Shown here one piece after another: positions 31,774 to 54,511 of a DNA stretch of 64,000 nt (its first letter is position 1; every line of letters begins with the position of its first letter). The stretch is from the human T2T-CHM13v2.0 reference genome, Homo sapiens. The position numbers and the translations under genes are program-made. The notes under the pieces are model-generated. The model was given only the letters and a program-made list of their open reading frames with translations. It was not told the DNA's origin and made no database searches. The stretch is from assembly GCF_009914755.1 (NCBI RefSeq), contig NC_060931.1, one strand, 5' to 3'.

Positions 31774-32307
31774 AGAGTGAAACTCCGTCTCACTTATAAA
31801 AAAAAAGTATCCTCAGTTTAATACCATCTTTCTAGTTAATTCAAATGCTTTACATCCCTTACAGATTTGTACTTAATCTGACTTCATCTGTAATTGTTGA
31901 TTTAGACCTCCTCTCCTCCATTTTCTTTCTTTTTTTTTTCTGAGACAGGGCCTCACTCTCTTGCCCAAGCTGGAGTTTACTGGCCTGATCATGGCTCACT
32001 GCAGCCTTGGCCTCCTTGGGCTCAGGGAATCCTCCCATCTCAGCCTCCCAAGTAGTCGGGATTACAAGCGTGAGCCAATATGCCTGGCCCATTTTCATTC
32101 TTTAGCGAGGATATTCTTTCAGTGTTCCCACAATCCAGATTTTAGAAATAAATTTACAGATTTCAAAACATTAAATAATGACATGCTCCACCACAGTTTA
32201 AGTTAGTATCCTGTGGGAGAAGCATAGTACAGCATGCAAACATGTTCTAAGAACTTTAGAGCCCGGCTGCCTGGTTGAAACCTAGACTGCTAGTTAGCAA
32301 AAACTAA

Positions 32308-33286
<979 letters not shown>

Positions 33287-33691
33287 TGAGGTCAGGAGTT
33301 TGAGACCAGAGGGGTCAACATGGTGAAACCCCATTTCTAAAAACACAAAAATTAGCTGGGTGTGGTGGTGCACACCTGCAACCCCAGCTATTCAGGAGGC
33401 TAAGGCCGCAGTGAGTCGAAATTGCACCCCTGCACTCCAGCCTGGGAGACAGAGTAAGACTTTGTCTAAAAAAAAGAAAATATACTTCCTTTGCATTCTT
33501 TGTCATAAAACATGGTAAGCTTATGAAAGATGGTGGCATTTCCTTTACTTTGAAAGCTAAAGCAGCTTATTAAGGATGTTTCCAGAGTATCACTTCTAAA
33601 CAATGGCCAAGCTCCCCTAAAAGCAAGATATGCCATGACTAAACACATAAAAGAGAAAATAAGTCTTCATTAACTTTTATAAACCACGTAC

Positions 33692-33857
33692 CCTGCTGCC
33701 AGTATGTCTTCTCCGGTTAGACATTGGAGAATGGCTTCGGCTCCTTCGCCGCCGGTATTCTGGTGTATATGATCTACTTCGAGATCGTCTCCTATGAGAG
33801 TGAGAGTGGGATCTGGATCGAGTGTAACGTCTATGAGAATGTCTCCTTGACCTCGAC
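33692..33857 (-). CDS. TRA2A: TRA2A coding exon 3 (RS1 domain, ...[18 protein letters not shown])
   Basis: Acceptor TTTCTCTCAAAG|G, donor AGG|GTACGT, 166 nt; overlaps ORF 33677..33874. Confidence 0.96.
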
Positions 33858-34036
33858 CTTTGAGAGAAATACATTTAGGTAAAAATACTGAAACAAAATG
33901 GCTAAAGTCCTTCCCTCTTCCAAGAAGGTATACATATATCCCTAACTATTCTCAGGTCCTTCCTCCTTGCTTCTGAGGAAAGGGTATTCTTCCTTTGGTT
34001 CACTTAAGTCACTACATCTTCCACTCTTCTCAGTCA

Positions 34037-34462
<426 letters not shown>

Positions 34463-34805
34463 CTAAGTGCAGTGATGTGTGCTTATGTTCCCAGCTACAT
34501 GGAAAGATGAAGCAAGAAAAATCACTTGGGGCCGGGCACGGTGGCTCATGCCTGTAATCCCAGCAACTTGTGAGGCCGAGGCGGGCGGATCACGAGGTCA
34601 GGAGATCGAGACCATCCTGGCTAACATGGTGAAACCCCTCTACTAAAAATACAAAAAATTAGCTGGGCATGGTGGCGGGCACCTGTAGTCCCAGTTACTT
34701 GGGAGGCTGAGGCAGGAAATGGCGCGAACCCAGAAGGCGGAGCTTGCAGTGGGCTGAGATTGTGCCACCGTACTCCAGCCTGGGCGACAGAGCGAGACTA
34801 CGTCT

Positions 34806-34839
<34 letters not shown>

Positions 34840-35026
34840 AGAAAGAAAGAAAAATCACTTGGGCCCAGGAGGACAAGTCTAGCCCAGGCAACATAGCAAG
34901 ACTCCACACTTCTATTTTAAAAAAAAAAACAGAAACAAAGACAAAACAAAACAAAAAAAATCAGGCTGGGCGCAGTGGCTCATGCCTGTAATCCCAGTAC
35001 TTTGGGAGGCCGAGGCAGGCAGATTA

Positions 35027-35402
<376 letters not shown>

Positions 35403-35657
35403 TAGGACTACAGGCATGCACCACCATGCCTGGCTAATTTTTATATTTTCTGTAGTGACAGGGTTTCGCCATGTTGCCCAGGCTGGTCTTGAAGTCCTGT
35501 TCAAGCAATTTGCCCACCTCGACCTCCCCAATTAAGCCAGTGTGCCTGGCCCATAAAGTTCTACATTCCCCTCTCTGCTAAGTATCATTTCCATTTCCAA
35601 TTCTTCTTTAGCCTGCTGCAATCTAGTATCTGCTAAACTAATTCAACAACCACCTAA

Positions 35658-35953
<296 letters not shown>

Positions 35954-35956
35954 TGA

Positions 35957-36196
<240 letters not shown>

Positions 36197-36930
36197 TAGT
36201 AGAGACGGGGTCTCAACATGTTGGCCAGGATGGTCTAGAACTCCTGACCTCAAGTGATCCACCCCTCCTTGTGCTCCCAAAGTGCTGGGGTTATAGGCAT
36301 GAGCCACCACACTCAGCCTAAGCCTTTACTTATTGATGCTTTCTATAACATTTCACTTGTCTACTGCTGCTTTTCTAGTTCCCAGTTGCTCTAATTCCCA
36401 GTTGCTTGCAGTCCTTTCTTTGCCTGTAAGACTAATCCGACAGGCCGGGCACGGTGGCTCACGCCTGTAATCCCAGCCCTTTGGGAGGCCGAGGCAGGCA
36501 GATCACAAGGTCAGGAGATCGAGACCATCGTGGCTAACATGATAAAACCCCGTCTCTATTAAAAATACAAAAAATTAGCTGGGTGTTGGTGGCGTGTGCC
36601 TGTAATCCCAGCTACTCGGGAGGCTGAGGCAAGAGAATCACTTGAACCAGAGAGGCAGACATTGCAGTGAGGCCACTGTACTCCAGCCTGGCGACAGAGT
36701 GAGACTCCGTCTTCAAAAAAAAGACTAATGACCCACCCTTAACTAAACTGACACAGACCAGCAGTGATGACAGTCATATAAAATACCTTCTATACGGTAC
36801 TCAATGAACCCAGGAGGTGGAGGTTGCAGTGAGCCAAGATCACACCACTGCACTCCAGCCTGGGCAACAGAGCAAGACTCCATCTCAAAAAACAAACAAA
36901 CAAACAAACTCTTCAACAGTCTCTACTTTT

Positions 36931-37033
36931 TTTCAGCTCAATAATAACCCATTGTTGATACTGCTAACTGTCCTCAGTAATTCCCTACTTGAACCAGATC
37001 ACCCATTTTCTGTTAACTAAGTAATCAAGCAAA
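36931..37033. repeat. Dispersed direct copy of 39303-39405 (103 bp, 7 mismatches)
   Basis: Ungapped alignment TTTCAGCTCAATAATAACCC...AAGTAATCAWGCAAA. Confidence 0.92.
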
Positions 37034-37242
37034 ATTTTTTTGCACGATTTTACAAAGTGAGGATATGGAATACAGGAATAAAACTAATGAGGAAAGACCT
37101 TATGAAACACAATAGGTGAACAATAACGCTAGAAGAGTTGATATTTCCCATTTTAGCTAGCACCAATTTACAGTTCCAATTTTTAAAATGAAGAAAAAAA
37201 AGTAAGAAAATCCTTAATTTAAAACATCAATTATTACTTTTA

Positions 37243-37666
<424 letters not shown>

Positions 37667-38014
37667 TCAGGTGACAAATGAAATGAGACAGGAGAAAAAC
37701 GTTCTAGGTTGAAGGTGGCAAATGCAAAGGCCCTAAGGCAAAAACATGCTCCTTTCTATTTCTAAGCTCAAATTCTAGCCAGTGCTATTCTGCACATAAT
37801 AAATTTAATAACTGAGTAGTAAGTAATCAAGCACCGGGCTAGACCCTTGCTGTAACAGAAAACAGTATGGTTGCTAACCCCAAGAAAAGGACAGCCTTTT
37901 AACTGATTTTTCTGTCTCATGCCCCTTTGCAAGTAGACTATTCAAAGACATAAAATCTATCCCTCCACCCAAGAAATGACAAGGACGTAAGCTAACTGGT
38001 CAGGCTGTTTTAAA

Positions 38015-38045
<31 letters not shown>

Positions 38046-39036
38046 AGAGTCTCTCTGTCACCCAGGGTGGAGTGCACTGGCGCCATCTCTTGGTTCACTG
38101 CAACCTCCGCCTCCTGGGTTCAAGCGATTCTCCTGCCTAAGCCTCCCAGGTAGCTGGGACTACAGGTGCCCGCCACCCCGCCCAGCTAATTTTTGTATTT
38201 GTAGTAGAGGCAGGGTTTCACCATGTTGCCCAGGCTGGTCTAAAACTCCTGACCTCAAGTTATCTACCCACCTCGGCTTCCCAAAGTGTTGGTATTACAG
38301 GTGTGAGCCACTGCACCCAGCCTGTCTTAAAACTTTTTATCCCACCTCAGTACACCTGGGGCATTTGACAGTGAACTTTGCATTGGTTCACTATTGCGTT
38401 TCTGTTATCCATGGTGGTGGGACTCCAAATCAGCTAAGGACTTTTCCGCCCAATTACATCTCACCAGAGCTCTACGCTGGACAGAGTCAGAATCTTCAGA
38501 TAAAAATGTAGCTGGAATGTAAATCCTAAAAATGCTTCTCAATCGTTCTGACCAACCAGCATAGCATACACACATCAACTTTCTCTGCATTAAATTACAT
38601 GTGAGACTCCAATGCAGAAAACCGCCTTTTTGTTGTGCAAATATTGTTGGCATAGAAACCAGACACTAATTATCAAATGCCAAACACATTTAAATTGATG
38701 GCTATATACACATAATTTGTACTGGTTGCAACTATCCAATATATTAATTGGGCTGGGAGATGATTTTAGTATTGATTTCTTATTTTTTCAGAGATAGGGT
38801 CTCCCTGGCACCCAGGCTGTGGTGCAGTGGTGCAATCAATGCAGCCTGGAACTCCTGGGCTCAAGCCATACTTCCAAGTCTTTGTCTGGGATATAGTATT
38901 CATTTACAAAGAGCAGTCTGAGAAAAACTATAATTTTGAGTCTTTCGTGAAATTTCTACACAAAATGCAGCCAACAACTGCTTTGTCCTCAAAAACCCCA
39001 GAAGAATATTTTAAGTATTATCTTAAACACACTTAC

Positions 39037-39170
39037 CTGGATTTTGATCTTGATCGAGAATGGGATTCAGAGTGTTTGGAAACCCTTGATGGACTACGAG
39101 ATCCTGACCTGCTCTCCGATTTTACACGAGCAGGAGTTCCCGTTGGAGATTTTGACTGAGAGCGAGACTC
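39037..39170 (-). CDS. TRA2A: TRA2A coding exon 2 (ESRSQSKSPTGTPARVKSESRSGSRSPSRVSKHSESHSRSRSKS; RS1 domain)
   Basis: Acceptor TCTTTGTTAG|GAG, donor CAG|GTAAGT, 134 nt. Confidence 0.96.
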
Positions 39171-39456
39171 CTAACAAAGAAGACAGTATTACAAATGGCA
39201 CTGGTCATGTAGATGCCTAACACCTAACATTTAAAGTACCGTAATTATTTATATTGATTGCTCCTGAAAAACAAATGGTTAGACAACACCCTCCAGAAAA
39301 AATTTCAGCTCAATAATAACCCACTGTTAATACTGCTAACTGTCCTCAATAATTCCCTACTTGAACCAGATCACCAATTCTCTATTAACTAAGTAATCAT
39401 GCAAATTCATCTACAACTTGATCATACAGACACTGGAACATAAACCATACATTTAC

Positions 39457-39762
39457 TTAACCTAGGACCCATTCATTCTTCCAGATTCTTTTAATTCTAC
39501 TTCACTCTTGCTTTCTACTTCTCTTCATTCTTCATTGAGTTTTTCATTTTTCATACTTCGTGTATTCTTCCCCAATTCAAACAATTCAAAATAGCCTTAA
39601 AAAAATATTCAAGTGCTTCTATCTGACCAATCTTCTGTTCAATTTTTTCCCCCATTCAATTTTAATTTTCTGATCTTTAATACTTTTCATTAGCCTTCTT
39701 TTATCTTGATTTATCTTCCACATTCTTGGAAAAAACTCTTCAATTTCTTCACGAACATTAAC
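39457..39762 (-). other. TRA2A: TRA2A poison (NMD-inducing) cassette exon, 306 nt
   Basis: Acceptor TTCTTTTTCCATTAAG|GTTAATG, donor TAA|GTAAAT. Densely GAA/AGAA-rich. In-frame TAG at 39621-39619. Start resembles the TRA2B poison exon (GTTAATGTT). Confidence 0.9.
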
Positions 39763-41515
39763 CTTAATGGAAAAAGAACATTTAGTATATTTAAGCACGT
39801 GGGGATTATAAAACTCTGCTGGAGTTCAGAATGTTATCTACCAAATGGAAAAGCCAGCAGGTAAAGTGCAAGTAACTAGTTTATTTAAAAAAAAAAAAAA
39901 AAAACAATTTTATAGTCTTTAAAATTGTTCAAAACTCTAGTTTCTAACAAAGAGAATTTACTAAATTTCTCTAAATGCTTTTTAAACCATACTCTTCACC
40001 CTCCTCCCATGTTTCATTCTAGTTCCTAAAATGTGAGCAATTTTAATATAATTCAAATATAAATCTAACAACTATAATTTCCCCCCACCTAAGTGTTAAA
40101 TTTTCACTACTTTATAATCTGAAGATTCTTAAAAATAAGCTTTCACTAAGTCATGCTAAGAAATCAAGATATAGTTAGAGCAAGGCATCCCAGGCTGAAA
40201 TATTTGTACACACCTATCTAAACTCACCCATAGCACATGTCAAGGTTCAAATAAGTCAAAAAGAAAAAAATCAGTAAAATTACACCTTCTCCCAACTTTG
40301 ACTACTATCTTTGCTCATTCTGACTTAAAATATGTTCTGAAGACAAACATACCGAAAAAACTAATAAGCATGAAATTCTTAAAATTTCCCCATTAGCTTA
40401 TTAATTCCTGATATACACATTTTTGCAACCAGATCACTTTAAAATGCTCTATTATCCACGACATACCACAATGTGCAAGAAGGTACAAAATTTATATCAT
40501 AGTCTTTATCTTTGATTCCATCTCTTTAGAATTATGTTCAGTTTTTACATAATTTATGCATTTATGTATACTGGTACTCCCTTCAGTGACTATATTCTAT
40601 ATCCAAAAAGTGATGGGTTTCTGAAAAAATTGGGTGTAAATCAAAGCATTCCAAATAAAATAACTTACTGATCATAAGCTTGTTTTTTTTAACTGCACAG
40701 ATATGAGGCACTTATGATCAAAACAGGATGGACAGCTTGGTTTCTGTGTCCAGTTAAGCCTTGATTATCAGTGTAAATAATTATCTCAATTTCACAGAAG
40801 TAATTTCACACCAATTTATTTATGCCTTAAGACTATCACACAACTCAAACAGCTTTCTGAAAACTTTTCCTTTGCTTCAAGTTTAATGTCAAGACTTATT
40901 TATCAAGAACTGTACAAATGCCACCTGGTCATTTTCTTTCAGATAAAAACAAAACTGAAATACACAGCTACCTTTCAGCTCAATACCAACCTTTCCCATT
41001 TAGCTACCTACAAGTCTTTCACTGCATCTCAGATACTCTAAACCACTCAACAGATGTCTGGAGCAGGCATAGCAATCTGGGCTTTTTCATTCACTGAAAC
41101 TATGAAAGCAGCATATTCAGTATCTTATAAAAAAAGGCATGGCTAATTTGCTTGTAATTTAAGTTTCACAGACTGGTTCATTAATCAAACTCATAAGAGT
41201 ATCTTCCCCTCTTCTCTTTTGGCTTTCCTTTCCACAAAACAGACCCTGTGACATAACATTCATTTATGCTACTGTTGAATAGCAATAGCTGGATTATTAT
41301 CTACGAACGCTGCTACAGTCCTTCTCAAACATACACAGGAGGCTTTGCTCTGTAAAACACTACAATTCTTTAATTTTACTAGGATGGAAATAAAAACCTT
41401 TTATTAAAGTAAACAAGATAATTCAGTAACATCTTAAAATTCCAATTTTAAATCCCAGTTTTGGAGTAGCAACAAAGCATTATGGTATGATAGAATGTCT
41501 TTTTAAGAGATGTTA

Positions 41516-47229
<5,714 letters not shown>

Positions 47230-49118
47230 TAGGTGGGAATCTTAACATGTTACTTTCTTAGGAGGGAAAAGTGACAATTGTCGGCAACTTACTCCTTTCC
47301 TAGACTTGATGATAAATTAAAAAAAGAAAAAAAGCAAGCAAACAAGGTCCCTCCAGTAGTCCTCTTCACTCCCCACAAACCAAACCAAACATCAATCCCC
47401 CAATTTTTTAACAATGAAAGTTAATTGAAGGAATGTATGAATGGACAGCAAAATTTCTATCGATAATTACTCAACATTTTCAAAACAAGAAGCATTTTAC
47501 AACTACTATCATATATGTTTATCGCATGATTTTAGAAAGTTCTGTTGGGGCCATCAATACACCATCCTAAAAAATAAGCAGGTTCAATTTTCATTTGTTT
47601 CCATGCTCCAAACTTTGTAAAAAAAAATTCCAATCAAAAGAATTAAAGGCAAATTTTTTAGTCTACCGGGTAACTATTATAGTCTATTGCTTTAAATCTT
47701 TCCTCAAAGAGAACTAAAGCCTAAACTGACCTTCTGATTTGACTTTTTGGTTCTAGATGTTTATATCATGAACTCCCCAAAAGGACAAAATTCGCCCTTC
47801 AGCACACACACCTCAGGTGTTTTTATGTGCTTCCCCTAGTGACTAGAATAAACATCTACACAACAGCCCGGAACGTGTTGCATGGGGCTTTTGTTTTCTT
47901 TCCAGGGTTTCACACGAACTCACTTCTACTAACTCACTTCTACAATTCCCTATGTAGGGTAAACTTTGGAAATGAAACTCACTGACAAACGTTCCAGTAC
48001 ATTTAAGCTGGGGATATCGTATTCTTTGTGATGTTTGTATTTCTCCGACCCCAAATATATTAATAAAAACTTTTTTCTGAGCCCTCTTCGGTGGGGGATA
48101 GAGTGAGAAGAGAAATGGGAGAGGGCCTGTTAATTTTCAGGTCATCTTTTAAGTTACAGAACAGTATATACTGACTAGTTATCTTAAAAATACTGAGCCA
48201 ATGAATTCGTTCAGCTATGTAAGATTAAAGAAAGACAGATTTTTTTTTTTTTACCGTAAAAACCTGTAAAGGAGTGGTCAGTTTTTAGATGAAATGTCAT
48301 AGGAAGAAGAGCATTAAAAGTTGAGATATAAAGAAGAGAAAAAACCCAACATCGAGGAATTAGAAAAATAAGGCGTGACAGCATTTCCACATTCATTTCG
48401 AAGTGAAAGGAAAGTCGAAGGGACATTAAGGGAAAAGGGCTCCTTGCGTAGTTTCCCCTCACAGCTCTCGTCTTAAGAACGCTTAAGGGTCGGTGCGGTC
48501 GTTGACTAACCACTTCATTAGGCTCGTCCCACCTTCAACCTCAAGGCTTTCGCCTTTTTAGACGCAACGCCGCCGGTTCCAACAGAGACGCGGCCGCTCA
48601 CTGAAATAGAGAGCCAAGGAGACACAGGCCCCAGCTAGTCCCACGCCAGCTTCTCCCCGCCCGGAAAGCAGCCCCGCGCACTTTCGATCCCGAGACCCTC
48701 TACGATGCTCGGGGTCGCCAGAAATGCCACCGCAGGAAGCACCTACCACTATCCGGACGGAGGGGAGCTCCCTGCCGCCTCCTCCCGCCCAACCGCGACG
48801 GGGACCCACACCTCGGAGCAGACATAAGGAAGCCTCAGGGGTGGGGAGAAGGGAGGAAGCAATGCGGGGGCGGGGAGGGAAGAGGACCCAGAAGTCCAGG
48901 TATCAGTCAGCCTCCAAAAAAGGGGGAGGGGTGTTATCCGTGGTGTTTGGGGAAGGAGTGGAACCCAGAAGCCATCTTGGGATGGGAGGAATCAATCGCG
49001 ATGGCTCCAGAGGTTGCTCCTCGCGGGACTACCCGCAACCCCGCCCGACCGCGCTTGTTCCCGTGAAACCCCGAGCATTGGGCCGCCGCCTAGACGGCTC
49101 CCGCGGCTTTGTACTCAC

Positions 49119-49154
49119 TCTGCCCTCGAAGTTGTTTTCCTCCACATCACTCAT
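49119..49154 (-). CDS. TRA2A: TRA2A coding exon 1 (MSDVEENNFEGR)
   Basis: ATG at 49154-49152, donor AGA|GTGAGT, phase 0. Confidence 0.96.
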
Positions 49155-49330
49155 GTCGACGAGGCGCTCCCCAGAACTAAATAAGAGACAAGTCTCGGCT
49201 CGAGGGCCGATGGCCTAATTAACCCGCTGACTGGACCGTGGGGAAGAGGAAAGAGTCGGCAACCACAGCCGCTCCACTCCACTCCCACTCGGTCGCAGGC
49301 TCCAGCAAAATGGCGCCGGCGCCGCCAGAA
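49155..49330 (-). other. TRA2A: TRA2A 5' UTR (TSS approximate)
   Basis: GC-rich sequence with no upstream ATG between the promoter motifs and the start codon. Confidence 0.6.
49306..49317 (+). promoter_or_regulatory. YY1 motif (CAAAATGGCGCC)
   Basis: Matches the AANATGGCG consensus at or near the TSS, typical of housekeeping CpG promoters. Confidence 0.6.
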
Positions 49331-49361
49331 ATCTCCTGGCCTCCTCAGAGCACGACGTAAA

Positions 49362-49371
49362 GGGGGCGGGC
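49362..49371 (+). promoter_or_regulatory. GC box (Sp/KLF)
   Basis: GGGGGCGGGC adjacent to the CRE. Confidence 0.6.
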
Positions 49372-49377
49372 GTCTCT

Positions 49378-49387
49378 GTGACGTCAC
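49378..49387. promoter_or_regulatory. Full palindromic CRE (GTGACGTCAC), ATF/CREB site
   Basis: TGACGTCA at 49379-49386, just upstream of the TSS region. Confidence 0.7.
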
Positions 49388-52152
49388 GAGGCTCCACCTC
49401 CCGCGAGGCTTTGTGTCGGCTGGGCCTGGAGCGAGGGTGGAGGTTGGCGGGCGGCCTGCGCTCTCAACCTGGGCGCCTTGGAATCGCGGTCCCGTGCTGT
49501 CCTCCAAACTTCAGACTCACCTCGGACGCGTCAACCTCTTTGAAGACTTTTCAGTCGCCAGATGAGCCTTATATGACCTTAGCCCCTTTAAATATTGTCC
49601 AAGTGGATTCTGATGTAAGGGAACAAAACATTGGAAGCGTTTTTTTATGTTTGTTTATTTTTTGAGTCAGGGTCTCGCTCTGTCACCCAAGCTGAAGTGC
49701 AGTGAAGCGATCACTGCTCACCACAGCCTCAAACTCCCGGGCTCAGACGATCCTCCCACCTCAGGCTCCCGCGCGCGCCACCACGCCCGGCTAATTTTTT
49801 TCTTTTTTGGGACGGAGTCTCACTCTGTTGCCCAGGCTGAAGTGCAGTGGCGCTATCTAGGTTCATTGCAACCTCCACCTCGCAGGTTCAAGCAATTCTC
49901 CTGCCTCAGCCTCCCCAGTAGCTGGGATTACAGGCATGCACCACCACGCCCGGCTAATTTTTGTATTTTTAGCAGAGACGGGGGTTTCACCATGTTGGAC
50001 AGGCTGGTCTCAAACTCCTGACCTCAGGTGATTTGCCCGCCTGGGCCTCTCAAAGTGCTGAGATTGCAAGGGTGAACCACCGTACCCGGCCCACCCGGCT
50101 AATTTTTGTGTGTTTTGCAGAGATGGGGTTTTGACATGCTGCCCAGGCTGGTCTCGAATTTGTGGACTCAAGCGATCTGCTCGCCTCGGCCTCCCAAAGT
50201 GCTGAGATTACAGGCCTGAGCCACCGCGCCCGGCTGGAATCGTGTATATATAACAGGCTTTTGGGGGGCACGTTGTCAGCTGACTGTATTACTTTTCTTC
50301 CATATTTGCCCTGTGTAATGTCGACGTAGTACATGCACAGATGAGGTTATGATGCAAAGCCGCTGCTCCTTGCCTCGTGTCCCTGCTCCAGTTCCCCCTC
50401 CTAGAGACAGCCGTGTAGTTTTTTTTTTATAATGCTTAGCTCCCTACTAGTTTTTTTGACTTAGATATTTCCATAAAGCTTCACAGTGAAGACCTCCCAA
50501 ATCTGTCAACTTGGTTCCCAATCATAGTAATAATCTCTGAGATGAGTTTTACTTGTGTAATGCAACTTTAAAAATTAGTTTCATCTTAAATTTTTTTCCT
50601 ACAGTGCTTTGTAGTAAAAAGATTGACATAGACTTTCAACTATAGTTCTATGGTAGGAAAGTTCATCTGGCATTATTATGAAGATTGCTACCACTGGGGG
50701 CAAGATTTCAGCATTTGAATGTCAGTTATTGATAGGGATAAACTTAAATGACATCTGGCTCTTAGAAAAGATGTTGAACTTGGCTGGGTGTGGTGGCTGA
50801 CGCCTGTAATCCCAGTACTTTGGAGACCCTAGGCGGAAGATCGCTTGAGGCCAGAAGTTCGAAACCAGCCTGGTCAACATGGTGAGCCCCCATCTCTACA
50901 AAAGAAATTATTATTATTATTATTGAGACGGAGACTTGCTCTGTCACCCAGGCTGGAGTGCAGTGGCGCGATCTCGGCTCACTGCAACCTCCACCTCCGG
51001 GTTCAAGTGATTCTCCTGGCTCAGCTTCCGGAGTAGCTGGGATTACAGTGCGTGCCACCACACCCGGCTAATTTTTGTATTTTTCGTAGAGATGGGGTTT
51101 CACCATGTTGGCCAGCGTGGGCTGGAACTTGTGACTTCAGATGATCTGCCCGCCTCAGCCTCCCAAAGTGCTGGGATTACAGACGTGAGCTGCCACGCCC
51201 AGCCAGGTTGATACCATTTGAACCACTGATCAATCTTAGTACCATTAAAAGTGAGATAACCAGATACGAGATACCTCATGATGTGATGCAATAGAAAATA
51301 CCCAGTTCCTCCTGTGAAGTATTCCTGATCCCTCAAATTGAACTCAAATCTAATTAAACCTTAGATCTAGCCAACAGTTTACAGGAAATACAAGAAAGGG
51401 AAAAATAAAAACACCGAGATGAAGTAATCAACTTCCACAGGACAAATAACCACATTCCCCAACAGATTAAATTCACAATCAAGGATGGGAGAAAGGTAGA
51501 CTATTATGGACTAAGAGTCTTCCCCCCTACCCTTTTTTCCTTTTATTTATTTTTTGGAGACATAATCTGACTCTGTCACCCAGGCTGGAGTGCAGTGGCA
51601 CAATCATGGCTCCAACGATCCTCCCACCACACCCTCTCACATAGCTGGGACTACAGGCCCCCAACACCATGCCCAGCTAATTTTTAAATTATTGTAGAGA
51701 CCAGGTTTCGCCATGTTGCCCAGGCTGCTCTCAAACTCCTGGGCTCAAGTGATCCTGCCGCCTAGGCCTCCCAAAGTGTTGAGGAACCAGGCCGGGCCTA
51801 GAAGAGTAGTTTCTTTTTTCTTTGCCTTTTTTTTTGAGACAGAGTTTCACTCCCGTGCCCAGGCTGGAGTACAGTGGCACAGTCTTGGCTCACTGCAACC
51901 TCTGTCTCTCGGGCTCTAGAGATTATTCTGCCTTAGCCTCCCCAGTAGCTGAGACCACAGGTGCATGCCACTGTGCTCGGCTAATTTTTGTATTTTTTTG
52001 TAGAGACGGGGTTTTGATGTTGGCCAGGCTAGTCTCTAACTCCTGGCCTCGAGTGATCCACCCACCTCGGCCTCCCAAAGTGCCGGGATGATAGGAGATA
52101 TTTGCTTTATGAGTTATAATCCATTGCTATCATTATTTATTTTGTTGCTTGA

Positions 52153-53655
<1,503 letters not shown>

Positions 53656-54511
53656 TTCAAATTTTTGTTTGTTTTTTTATTGTTTGAGATGGAGTCTCGC
53701 TCTGTCAGCAGGCTGGAGTGCAGTGGCACAATCTTGACTCACTGCAACCTCTGCCTCCCTGGTTCAAGCGATCCTCCTGCCTTAGCCTCCCAAGTAGCTG
53801 AGACTACAGGCACTCACCACCATGCCCAGCTAATTTTTAGTATTTTTAGTAGAGACAGGGTTTCACCATGTTGGTCAGGCTGGTCTTGATCTCTTGACTT
53901 CATGATCCACCCACCTCGGCCTCCCAAAGTTCTGGGATTACAGGCGTGAGCCACCACGCCCAGCCAGGCTTTCAAATTTTTATGTCTGATTGGGCAAGTC
54001 CCCCTTCCTATATATTTTTAAGTAAGTCTCATTGCTTAATAGCCACAATTCATTTTAAAAATCTTTTTTATTTTGTTTTATTTATTTTCGAGACAAGTTC
54101 TCACTCCGTTGCCCAGGCTGATTCTCCCACCTTAGCTTCCAGAGTAGCTGAGACTACAGGCATGTGCCACCACACCCACCTAATTTTTTTTTCTTTCTCT
54201 TTTTCTTTTTTTTTTTGAGAGGGAGTTTTGCTCTTGTTGCCCAGGCTGGAGTGAAATGGGGTGATCTCGGCTTACTGCAACCTCTACCTCCCAGGTTCAA
54301 GCAATTCTCCTGCCTCAGCCTCCTGAGTAGCTGGAATTATAGGCATGCGCCACAACTCCCAGCTAATTTTTTTGGTACTTTTAGTAGAAACGGGGTTTCT
54401 CTATGTTGGTCAGGCTGGTCTCGACCTCCTGACCTCAGGTGATCTGCCCACCTCAGCCTCCCAAAGTGCTGGGATTACAGGCGTGAGCCACCATGCCCAA
54501 CTTTTTTTTTT

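Larger units (their letters stand above)
48480..49560. promoter_or_regulatory. CpG island / TRA2A promoter
   Basis: High GC and CpG density, Alu-free, spans exon 1 and the start of intron 1. Confidence 0.9.

Noticed and set aside
38827-39159. 110-aa plus-strand ORF overlapping exon 2
   Set aside because: Antisense shadow of RS-repeat codons, starting in an Alu fragment.
39757-39765. AG|GT at the poison-exon start as a recursive splice site
   Set aside because: The reconstituted donor GTTAAT is a poor match to GTRAGT; not supportable without data.
40973-40985. Third occurrence of TTTCAGCTCAATA, the end of the 103-bp duplicated unit
   Set aside because: Only 13 exact nt in AT-rich DNA, compatible with chance; no extended alignment.
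48558-49665. ORFs 48724..49218(+), 49151..49507(-), 49378..49665(+), 48558..48809(-)
   Set aside because: Stop-poor frames expected in a GC-rich CpG island, with no recognisable domain. The real coding part is only 49119-49154.
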